Assembly (NCBI GenBank): GCA_052426225.1
Contig: JBNJNM010000012.1
Span: 1,984,001 to 2,048,000, forward strand
DNA: 64,000 bases
Direction of reading: 5' to 3'
Source: Zancudomyces culisetae HAW-14-8
Taxonomy: Eukaryota > Fungi > Kickxellomycota
Shown: one piece after another, positions 49,801 to 61,313 of the stretch
Numbering within the stretch: the stretch's first letter is position 1
How the letters are laid out: each line of letters opens with the position of its first letter
Notes under the pieces: generated by a model
Told to the model about the DNA's origin: nothing
Database searches by the model: none
What the model saw: only the letters and a program-made list of their open reading frames with translations
Made by a program: the position numbers and the translations under genes

Positions 49801-51821
49801 GAACCGCTGGTACTGTTGTGAACCTGGCTAGGGTTAGGTAAATTCCTACCTTCATTATCCTTGGTTGGTTTTCTGCCTTCCTGATAGCCATACTTGATTT
49901 TATCTGTATTCTCATCATCATTTCTACTTTTAACCACATGACTCCATTCACTGCTACTGTGATTCTCTGCACTTTTTTCGGCACGCATCTCATCCGCTCT
50001 CAACATTTTTGCTTTTCTTACCATACCCTGCTCTTCTTTCTGCTCAACATTCCCTTCTCTCACAAGATTCACACCCATCAACACCTCCTCCTCCTCTTCT
50101 AATGCTCGCTCACCGCCTATTTGCCTATAACTTTTTTCAAGTAATACAAATTCTCCTTCATTGCCAGGTAGTGTCTTTGTTGTTATTCTAGCAACACCTT
50201 CCCTTCCACCTCTCGTTTCTCTTGTATTTCCAAAGCCTTTTCCTTGTATATTCATTGCTTTTCCTTGCATTTTCATTGTTTCCATTTGCTTGTTTTTGTC
50301 TCTTGTCGTCTCTTCAAGATCTACCAACACAACATCATCACCTTGATAAATCCCTTTATTTTGTTCCCTTTCCTTTTTAAATACATTTCCATTCCATTTA
50401 ATACCTCTTCTTCCCTTGAAGACACGCGCTTTGTTATCCAGTCGCCCTACACTACCAGATGGCCTACCAGTTATGTTCTCCCAACTACTATTTTCATCAA
50501 CATTCTCTCCGTCAGAGTCTAATTCTAAATCAGATTCTGACTCTGCCTCAATATTGATATCTGCTTCCGCTTGTACCCCCATGTTCATTCTCATCGCCGC
50601 CTGTATTTCACTTCTTGTCTCCCCTACTCTCTCTATCTCCGTTTCTGTCTCTGTTTCTGTTTCTGTTTCTGTCTCTGTCTCTGATGTTGATGTAGATGTA
50701 GATGTCGATGTCGATTTGGATGCTGAGTTTGAGTCTGACCCACTCTCTTCGCTTGTTCGCTTTTTTTTACTATTTTTACAAGTAGGTGTCCCCCATGGAT
50801 CCACCCATTCTTTAGACCATTCTTTCGGCAGCTCTCCCAATCTCTTTGCTATTGTCATCCGCTTTTTTTTCAAAATTTCGTGCGTCTTGATTTTTTTTTT
50901 ATCTTTCCCTCCTTTCCTACTCTTCTCATTTATTTCTTTGGATTTCCGAGTCTTATTATTACCTTTAGTCGACACTTCCTTATTATTTTTACCACTACTT
51001 CTTACTGTCTCTTCAGACACTATACGCCCAAAACTGTCTGTGGCTCTTATCCCACTTTCCTCAGCCTTTTCTACATTATCTTTTATCTTTCCGAATGCCG
51101 TATGCAACGACCCTTTTCTAATGAGTTTCACATCTCTTTTGCGTTTATACATTCCCTCGTTCAAAAGTTCTAGCGGTAAGCTCACGTTTTCTTGACCTAT
51201 TCATTAGTTTCATCCAATTAAATACTTGATTATAAACCCAACTTTCCAGGACTTTATTTCTCTTATAGACAACAATAACACCCATACTATATCTATCTTA
51301 CCTCTAAATATATAGCATATTCCTAATACCCACACGGATTTGGCGCTGTATGTAACTGGGATTTCTTGCTCTAATTTAAGCAATCCCTGGATTCTCAAGT
51401 ATTGGACAGCCTGTGATTTAGAAATCCAGTTTCCTACCTGCTTTAGTAGTTGTGTTGATCTACCCACTTTATTATTCAGTGCTACAAGCCCATCGTTTTT
51501 TATATCTTCAATAAACTGTCTAGTACCACTAACACCGCCATTGCTAACTACCAACCCCCCATTGTCATTATTGTTATTATAATGGCCACTTTTAGCACCG
51601 GTAGTGCTGTCGGAATTGACCTGTCCTTTCCAATTCATTTCAAGGTAGTCCCCCTCATTATTTGAGATCACTTCAAATTCATCAGTCCCCCTTTCTTTTA
51701 TACTTTGTTTCCTTTTTAGCTTTGTATGTTTGTCATCCTTTACGTTAAGCTTATTTCCTACAACGGCCACACCGCTTGTGTGCAAATGCTCTGCACTTTT
51801 GTTCATCATCACAACTGACAT
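46857..51821 (-). CDS. ATG4: Atg4 cysteine protease (peptidase C54), ~1619 aa with very large insertions; exons 51821-51302 and 51196-46857
   Basis: 'VWVLGICY', 'YTSDVGWGCMHRSAQMML' (catalytic Cys), 'YSIH', 'GEWFGPT', 'GIVGGSPGKSVYFIG', 'LLYLDPH', 'MDPSMMLGF'; GT-AG intron joins the two ORFs in frame. Confidence 0.92.
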
Positions 51822-54800
51822 TTATGTTTTATTTTTCGATTAAATCTAACCAAAAATCACCTCCTTTCTTTGCTATGTACTGTCTTGTATTATGTATCTT
51901 TTTGTGCCTTATATTATTATGTCCAGGTTAACCCACTAATATTTTTTTTTTCCTTTCCCAAGTGCCTCTGTTTGAATTTTTTTTTTCCATGAGTAGTTTA
52001 TTTCACAGGCATTTTTTATCTTGTAATTTTGAGTTTAATTTTGTAATTTTTCCTATTTCCACTAAAAAAAGTAAAAAATATAAAAAAAATTACCACCTGC
52101 ATTACAAATTAGTTTGCCTTACAACTCAAAGCTCAATATTAATTGTGGTAATTATGCTACATACTTTTCCCGTTAAATAAATATAAACAGTTTTCAATAT
52201 CAACAGGACCAAAGTCCGTCCAGAAATCCACATATATCCCGCAAGGGCTTGTATCATTTGGCTTTCATTGTAAAACCACTTTGTACATTTTAAACCGGTA
52301 TTTTATGTGCCTATAAAAAAATTAAATTAAATTAAAGTAAAAATAAAGTAAAATAAATATTAAAAATTGTCAATAAGTCTTAAGGTTAAAGTAGATGATC
52401 CTTTTTACTCCTCAAAGTCATACATATATGGAAATGATTTTCATTGTGTTTTATTTATGTTGAATTTTCTTGATTTCGTTATTATTATTCCCTGTAAATA
52501 ACCATTATAATTGAATTCCAATGATATAGTTCTATATGCTACTATATGCTTGTATTCTCATTACAAAAATAGTCATGCTGTAAAGTGCGAGTTTTTCAAA
52601 TTCTTTTTTTTGTTTTAGTTCTACTTTTTTTTCTATACTTTATTCAAGGCAAAAATAATACGGAATGTTTGTTTTTCAAGCTTGTTTACTGCCTTGGAAG
52701 CCATGCTGACTAGCTAGTTCAACTCATCTTTTTATATTTTATTTTTGACCATCTATTTTTGTTTGTGGGAATCAAAATATCAAAGTTGTGCAGCTTTATG
52801 AGCATTTTCTTTTGTCGGCGGATCAAGTCTATTACGTTCCACTTTAAATACCACAATGCATCAAAATAGTTAATCTGGTACGCCTCATAACCCCAATACA
52901 CCTTATTTATGTTCTTTACGCAATTTCGTTTATTTCACTTTATTCTATTTCCTATTTAAATACTTTAAATCAATTTATTACTTAAACTACATAATAATAA
53001 AAATCGTCAGTAAAAATCCCAACTGTACAATGACAAACATCAGTAGCATTTTTTTTTGATGACTGTATATTTGTAACTTCAACTTGCAATGAAATCAAAC
53101 GAAAATGGCGATTATTCTCAATCATACTACTCTATATACCTAGTACAAAATGGCTCATAAAGGAAAAAAAATATATTTGCGTTTGAAGCGACTTTAGCTA
53201 ATCTATACAGAGTTGCCTAACGTTTTTAAATCACATATTAGCAAATATGTATATGAAAACCTGTATTCTAGTTGAACTAGTATCAAACTTAATACCAATT
53301 CTCTTCTTACCCTCCCCCCGCCCAAAAGCAAAGAGTTTTCAACGTTCTTGAGATCCGATAGTATAAAAGTTAAAGATGGTTTACCATCTTACATAACCAC
53401 ACGCCTATCCTTTTGTAGCACTTATTTAATATATACCCCACCTCTATCACCAATATTTGTTCTTTTTTTGGTTCCGATGGTTGTACAAACAATATACTCA
53501 CTAAAGTGAGCTAATGACAAATACGCTTCTCGACGATATAGTTCAATAACCAAATGAGTGCATGTTATAACAACCTCTACAAATGCTGCTATTTTGGTCA
53601 ATCAAGTATGATTATTGTTTAATTCTCAATTCTAGCATAAATAATAAGTGGCAACATAAATATAGAAAATCATGTACTGGCTATTGAGAAAGGTAGCATT
53701 TTTTGCAATTCATTTGTACATGGTAAATGCCGAATGCTTGTGTGTGAATCCCGAGGATAGTACACTCTTGCAAAAACTACAAACTTGTACTTTTTTATTT
53801 TTTTTCCATTTTCCGTATGATTTCTTGTGTTTACCTTTTTTAAACACTCAAATTCACAGCAGTCAAACAATCATAAAAATTAATCGTGTTTTCTTTAATG
53901 TATAGTACATATATAAATATTAATACATGTGGTGGAAGGTGATAAATAGAGTTTATTTTTAGGAATCCTGATATTCCTCGGCCATTACTTAATTGTAAAA
54001 TACAAAGATAGTAGTACCAGAGTAACGCTGTTTTGGATTCATTCTACATGTAGCATGATTCCGGCTCGAAAGAATTAGCATTGTTGTCATGAGCTAATCG
54101 AGATGATAGCTGTATTATTTTTTTGTTTAAACCAGTACATATAGTATTAGTAAATCAGAAGCTCTGGGTATGGGCATATGTATTTAGCTTGGATACAAGT
54201 ATTTATCCTAGCTATACCGATTATAAGCCAAGCTTTCATTGTGCAAAGTATACCCAATTAGATTGTACAGCTATCTTATCATAAGACGGAAAAAAATGAT
54301 CAAAATTCTGGGGGTTGGTTTACAATAGGAGCTTTGCCACTAAAAATTTCATAAAAAATAAAACAAAGCTGAACAACTTGGAATGGTAAACAAGCTATCA
54401 CAAAAGATGACCTTTGAAAATGATATCCTAGTACTAAGGTCGATATCTGTTTTGTTTGTGTTGAGCTTATAAAATGAAAGACGAGGATGAGGGAAGGAGT
54501 GATATTGTGATATTGTGATGTTGTGATGTACATAACCGTGCATTGCTGTTTCTTATGTAATAGTAGTTTGTGTTTAGCTTTTACAAAAGTGGAGAACAGA
54601 TGTGGAGAAAAGACCTATACAGTCCTCAATATATGCAAAGCATCAATACTGAAAGGACATGTTGGCTGGTCCATAAAAGCGAAAAAAAGAACATGTGAAA
54701 GGAGGGAGGAGAGGCATTTAATAATACTGTTCACGTGCTAATTGGGTGCATGGATTACCTACCATTATTTTCATGTTTTGTGAATGACCCATAAGAAAAA

Positions 54801-55166
54801 AAAAATAACCACAATTTTCAAAATCATTTGCAGGGAAGTAATTGAGGTATGATTCCGTTAAACCATTGGCAGGTCATACTGACATCTGGAACTGCTCTTT
54901 AAATTAAAAAAAAACCATAGCAGCCAAAGATAGTTTTTTTAGTGCGATAAAAAAGACTATAATAAATTACAGGCCAGGTTAGGTTAGGTAGGATCGAGTC
55001 AATCCAAGTAAAGTAGAGTATGATACGACACTGAAAACAGAGTAAAGTAGCATTGAAAATCAAATAAATAAATACACAAACGTCTTGGGCAACACGTAAA
55101 AGTAGTGGCAGCGGAGAAATCAAGTGAAAATAAGTGAATCCATAGACATTCTCATTAAAGCTAACA

Positions 55167-58100
55167 ATGAATAAAGACATGTGTAAGTATATACAAACTC
55201 AGATACCTATTATAAAATTTGACGTTTTGTGTGCAAAAAGACAAAAAAAAGATAAATAGGTGAGAATCCGCAAACATATGTACAAACCATTAATAAATTA
55301 CTATTCTTATCAAAAAAAATTAGTTGATCTGGTGTCATTGCACCCACTAAATTTATACAAAGTACCCGATGGTGTAATGCAGATATTTGTAAAGGACGTA
55401 CTCTTAAATCAAAAAGTCCGAAGAGCATTTTGTACGATCCAAATCGGAGACCAGGTATTCCAAACCTCTACTTGCGAGGGGGACGTTTTGCAATGGCATC
55501 AGGGGTTTGAGTTTGAGATTTCATACCACCAGCAGTTGTTTGGGCAGGTGAAGATTGATATATACGAGTACAACACTTTTTTTGCAAACAGATTGGTAGG
55601 AAGTTCCGTTATTCATATACGGGACTTGGAGGGCCAACCAGAGGTGTTTTGTGAAGGATATCCGGTATTCGACAGGATAGTTGGAGCAAGACCACTTTCA
55701 AAAATAAATCGTAAACAAAGGGGCAGCAAGACTATAGGAAAAATAAATCTAAGGATTAACTATCGCTACCAACAGGCGAACGATCCAGAGCACCAGCGAT
55801 CGCCTAGTTCAAAGATAAGCCATCTGAGCTATGCTAGTGAGGGATTGAAAAAGTTGCAAAAGGAAGCAGGGGAGTTGATTGGAAAGGGAATTTCAGATGA
55901 AAAACTTCTGGAGAGATTTCTTCAGGAGTATAAGGGCTATATGGAAAAATATAATGTCATGATTGAAGAAAACAAGAGGCTTTTGGAGATGACAGCAGAA
56001 AAGAGGGATAACGATGGTAAGTCTGACGAGACAAAAGTATCAGGTAAAGACACTAGACTCAACTCGAAACCCCAAAGTAAAAAACAGCAACACCAGCAGC
56101 AGTTTGAACGTAAGCAAAAACAGAAACACCTTGAGCAGATACAAAATCAGCAACAGTCTTCACAGAATAAACAAGAAAATGATGCAATGAGCGATCCAAA
56201 CAAAGAGGAAATTTCGGAAAAGAGCCACCCACCATTATTTTCTGCAAAAGGAATGAGTGGGCTTGGTACTTTTTTACAACCCCTGGGATTTACAAAAGTA
56301 GACAACCAAAAAACAAATGAATCTACTGAATCCAATCCAGAAGCCACAAAGTCTAAAGATAAGCAGACAGAAAAGGGTGGAGAGTCGGTGTTTTTTAATT
56401 GGAATTTTGATCTGTTTAGGTTTGGATCACCAGAGTATAAACAATCAGATGCGCGGAAGCAAAAGGGGATAAGTGGAAGGACCAGTACAGATTCACTAAG
56501 TTCTGTGGACTCAGTAAACCCAAATGATATCAAAGATGAGAAGAATAATGCTGATACTACAGAAAGTAAATCATTCGATATTACATCCGGTGCTGGCAAG
56601 ACAGAGTTTTCATTGACTGAGACAGTTGGAAACCTCATAAGAATATTAAACACATATTTCCAAAATGTTGGGTTGACAAGAGCACAAATGTTATATGGCA
56701 GTATTGAGCTGTATAATTTCCAGAATGATCCTATGTATACTAGTGTTAGAGCCCTGGAACCAAACAGTAAAGTGGTTGACCCTACAGCATTGGAGAGACC
56801 TAAATATTATGCAAAGTATTCGTTAGCAGCTTATGTAAGTTACTTTTTTATATATATTTCATTTTGATTTATTTTATACGTTTTAAAGAGAAAATTTTCA
56901 ATGTGACGATATTCTATATGTTGAAATGTAAAAGTATAAATATATATATACATGTATTATTAAACGCGTATTTAACTCGACAACTTTGAATATAAACCGA
57001 TAATGGAATAGGGATGGGTACTACTCTATTATTTTAATAAAGGGTCTACACTGTTTGAAGGAACCAAAGTAACATCAGATGTTAACAGCGTGTTGAACTA
57101 TTTAGAAATGGATGAAAAGGATATGCTAGGGTATGAATTTAGGAGCAACAAGGTGTTTATGCCGTGTTATTTCGTAGCAATAGATAGAAAATATGACGCA
57201 ATAGTATTATCGGTGCGAGGAACATTGAGCACAGAAGACTTGATGGTTGATTTGACATGCGAGTATGAAAAGTGGAATGGAGGGCTTGTGCATAGCGGAG
57301 TGAGAGCGATGGCGCAATGGCTGTTTACCAACGTATTGCCTGAAATGTTGGCATATGCCAGGGTAAAAAACATCAAGAATATAGTGTTTGTTGGTCACTC
57401 GTTAGGTGGAGCTACGGCGTCATTGCTGATGCTGATGATGAGAAAACAGAGTGAAAAGTTTGTTGATAATGGAGTTATCAGTTCGGATACACAGTTTACC
57501 GCATATTGTTATGGAAGCTTGCCATGTGTATCTGAAGAACTATCTGAATCACATAAATATAAAGATAAAAATACAACCAACTCCAAAAAAATTAAACACT
57601 TTGATGACAGGAAAAAGGTGGGAGAGGAAAAGAGTGAAATGGATACAGAGAATTACGGAATTTTTACATATATAAACAACCGGGATATAGTACCATCAAT
57701 GTCCTTTGGAGCATTTGCGGATGCCAAGTATATGGTTGAGCTAGCATACGAGTTGAGTGATGGAATAACTCAGACGCTATTTGGTACTCAATTTGATGGA
57801 AAAAAGAAAAGCCAAAGGCAAAGAAAGCTAGAAAAATTTGACCAAATGGTTGACCTGATTGAAGAGATTGTTGATAGTAGAGAAAATTTGAAGCTATTCA
57901 TTCCTGGGAGGATTTTCCATATTCGAGATATAAAAACATCCGCAGAAACTGCGGATATATGTGGCGAGAATGGGAAGATAAGGAGTAAGGGTGAAGTTGA
58001 AATCGAAAAAGGACTAGAGGTTGGAAAGAGCGAGTGTCTGATAATGGAGAGTGTAATTAAGCGAAGATTGTATGATTTATATTTCGGAGAAGTCCAAGAA

Positions 58101-58931
58101 CCACTAACAATGAGAACCCATACCAGCAGTGAAGATTTGGTAATAAGACATGATGAAAGTGGAAATGGAGATGCTGGTGGAGATGGTGATGGTGATGGGT
58201 ATGATGAAAGAGGTGGTAGATTGAGTACAGAAGAAAAAAATCTAGGTAAGAGTGATGGAATTAAAAGATCGAAAACTACATCAGCGTTACCCACAACAGA
58301 TTTAGAAAGAGAAGCAAAGGCATGCGATAGCAGAATTAGTAGCGAAAATAGTGAGCGAGAAAGTATCAAGCAGTTGCTGGATATATCATTTACGGATATG
58401 AATGAAAATACTAGTACTGGTTTTGTAATGGAAATCGATGGGGAAAAAGTAGTTTCAAAGAATGAAGAGAAGAAGGCAAGCGTAATGAGTAAAAAATCTG
58501 ACAAGACAGTCTCGGTGACAACTGGGGAGGTGTTGGTTAAATCGCAACCGACAAAACTGAAAAAATCAAGTACTCGAGGTAGTACAATTATGGAAAGGGG
58601 GCCAATAGCCGCAATAACAACTTTTATAACTGGATCAAAATCAAGCACAGGTACAAATACAAATACGAGTACGAATACAAATACGAGTACGAATACAGAT
58701 ATCAAAAAGGAAAAAGCTGGTAATGGTAATAGTGGTCGTAGTGAAGGAGGCGGAGAAGGAAAAGCTGAGGACAAGGACGCAAAGAAAAAGAAAAAGGAAC
58801 CGAAGAAAAAAGTAAAAGTGTACGAAATATACGACCAACGAGTGCTCCACTTGATGGAAGCGTGTCCTACGCTTCTGGTAGACCATTTCCCAGTCGCATA
58901 CGAAGATGCTTTATCAAACGCGGCTTTATAA
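55167..58931 (+). CDS. C2-domain plus class 3 lipase (DAG lipase-like catalytic domain), 3 exons
   Basis: C2-like N-terminus; spliced 'AAY|GW'; 'IVLSVRGTLS..D..VDL', 'VHSG', 'VGHSLGG', 'NRDIVP', 'DHFP..Y'. Confidence 0.85.
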
Positions 58932-59041
58932 TTTAAAAATAATCATAATAAAAGTGTAGTAGTATAGTTTTAATTTATATTTTGTAACGAAATTATTGCA
59001 AGAATAAAGAGAATCAAATAAAGCAAATAGAATAATCAAAG

Positions 59042-60658
59042 TTATAAGCTAATCTCTTGATTTTCAACATCAATAAAGCCTAATCCAAAAATCACCAAAT
59101 TCATAACTGTAGAATTAATGAAACCAGGGAAAAGACCCCTAACACCCCATGAAGAGCTGATTAGAGATGGTGGTGGAGATGATGAAGGTGATAGTGACGA
59201 CGACGATGCTCTCTTTTTACTGCTTGAAGATGGTGTTTGGTGGATTACATAAGATGTTTCACCACCTTCTTCAGTGAGAATTCTCCAGAAACAGTTGAAC
59301 AACCCGGTATAAGGCACAGGTGATAGTTTGACAACAGTTCTAAAGTCCTTAAAGTTGGCTGTTTGTGATAAAGAAGAATGTGATGGTGATGGTGTTGCTG
59401 TTGGTAAACTTGTATACGCTGGCTGACACATCAGTCTCTTTCGTGCAGTATCAACTGGAAGAGTGACCAGCAGGTTAAGTGTCCTCCATATGAAAATCAA
59501 AAACCGCATTTTAAACGTCGAGTCAAAGTAATCAATATCTGCCATAATAAACTCCATCACTCTGTTCCCCAGATTATTGAAAATCGGATTGATACTATGC
59601 TGAAGAATACATGGAATGCTAAGCCGAGGATTCAGGTATACGCCATGCAGTAGGCTTTCTTCGCGGTTGATTGTCTTGAGACCTTCAACTATCCCGTTGT
59701 ATTTGCGATGAATTGGTGAAGAGGACTGTACTTCCAACCGTGTACGCAGAATCTCTAGTGGTGATAACAAGTAGCCTACCAGGATATGCGAGGCTATTAG
59801 TGTGAGCGCAGATGGCGAATCCATATCATAGTATGCACTGCTGCCAAAGTTTGTCCCATCATATAGTCCAAGCATCTCATTTAACAGCCCTTCAATTGTC
59901 GGTTGTAAAAGCAAGTGGCTCATTTCGTAAAACCATTTCGTAAAACTTCCTTTAAATAAGCTTGTAACTCCTTCAGTTGGCAGACGAATCAAATCTTTTA
60001 GCATTGAAAATTTGTTATAATGGAATGTTTCGATTTGGTAAGGCTGAGTAACCGGAACACTTTTTCCGTACTCATTGACTGCAGAGACAGCATACCCTTC
60101 GCTACCAACTCTTCCTCTACTTGTGGTTTGTCTAATATTTGCTGCAGCCCCAGTTGAGCTAGCAGACAAGGCGTAATTTCCTGCCTGCTTTTGGATTTCG
60201 GCGAATTCCGAATCCTGATTATAATCCCTGGATGATTTCTTGCTACTAAATTTCTCGTATGTTCTCATGTCTTTGGGCTTATACTGCACTTGTATAAGTG
60301 TTTGAGACAAATGAACTGGATTAGAAAGCATCGAAATTCCTAGCCGCAAACCAGCAAAGCGGACAAGGCCATTGAAATCTGCCAGCGGACTGCTGGTTGT
60401 GATGACATCAAAGTCATCATCGTCAATAATAGCCATTCCATTCGTACCAGATCCGCCTATCGGTCCTCCGGCTTGTGATGGAGGAACAATTATTCCCGCG
60501 ACTCGCAAACTGTCAAGATTGGGATTCGAAGAGTAATTTTGATTTGAGCTTTCGGAAAAAAACTCGAAAGGATTTCCAACTATATTTTGGGCGTCTTGCC
60601 TGGCATTAGAAAAGGTTGAAGTGCCATTTGCACCATTGTTAGCACCGGAAGAATTCAT
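59042..60658 (-). CDS. UGO1: Mitochondrial fusion protein Ugo1 / SLC25A46-like carrier
   Basis: 'P.....TLIQVQY', 'EGVTSLFKG', 'LLQPTIE', 'LLSPLEILRTRLEVQ', 'TLPVDTARKRL..Q', 'Y.G..NC.W.I..EEG'. Confidence 0.88.
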   Translation of the reverse strand: MNSSGANNGANGTSTFSNARQDAQNIVGNPFEFFSESSNQNYSSNPNLDSLRVAGIIVPPSQAGGPIGGSGTNGMAIIDDDDFDVITTSSPLADFNGLVRFAGLRLGISMLSNPVHLSQTLIQVQYKPKDMRTYEKFSSKKSSRDYNQDSEFAEIQKQAGNYALSASSTGAAANIRQTTSRGRVGSEGYAVSAVNEYGKSVPVTQPYQIETFHYNKFSMLKDLIRLPTEGVTSLFKGSFTKWFYEMSHLLLQPTIEGLLNEMLGLYDGTNFGSSAYYDMDSPSALTLIASHILVGYLLSPLEILRTRLEVQSSSPIHRKYNGIVEGLKTINREESLLHGVYLNPRLSIPCILQHSINPIFNNLGNRVMEFIMADIDYFDSTFKMRFLIFIWRTLNLLVTLPVDTARKRLMCQPAYTSLPTATPSPSHSSLSQTANFKDFRTVVKLSPVPYTGLFNCFWRILTEEGGETSYVIHQTPSSSSKKRASSSSLSPSSSPPPSLISSSWGVRGLFPGFINSTVMNLVIFGLGFIDVENQEISL

Positions 60659-61313
60659 TTTGTCCTGTCTTCCATTTATTTATAGATGTACTTTGAGCTT
60701 GCTACACCTATATTTTCGATATCGTTGTTTCTAATATTAGTCTTGTTTGGGGGGGGGTTTCAATATATCTGAATATTAATGTAGTTGAATTTGCCTTTTT
60801 CTTAATTCTTTTGCAAATAAAAAGCCTAAGATGCTTTATCTTGACCTTTATTATTGTTTGCTGATTTTTTGCTCTTTTTGAATGTGCGTAAAAGAAATAT
60901 CGGTTTTTATCACATTCTGGCGGAATCACAATAAGGTTCTAGGATTTTTTTAATACAATATTTTTTTTTTTTGGTAATTCCAATTGCCCCGAGGCTTGGT
61001 TCTAATTTCTCTTGGTAAAAAAAAAATAAAAAGAATAAAACAGCCCAGAAATGGGAGAAGAAAAATCGTTTGGAAATAAACTGGCAAAAGAAAAACCCGA
61101 GAAAAATAAAGTAAATAATTTTTATTGGTTAGCGTAATGAACAAATCAGCGTTAAGGATTCTTCGTTGCTAGGTGTAAAAGATAAAGTAATGTAACGGGA
61201 AATCTGAGGGTTAAATCAACAACTAAATACAGAGTAAATATTAATCAAACAGAACACCAATAACAGCCGAATATAAATAAAAAATGCCTAAGAATGAATA
61301 AGATACAGGAGCA

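Noticed and set aside
52205-52270. Minus-strand ATGA...AA hairpin, SECIS-like
   Set aside because: No correctly placed 3' GA for the quartet and no upstream UGA-containing gene
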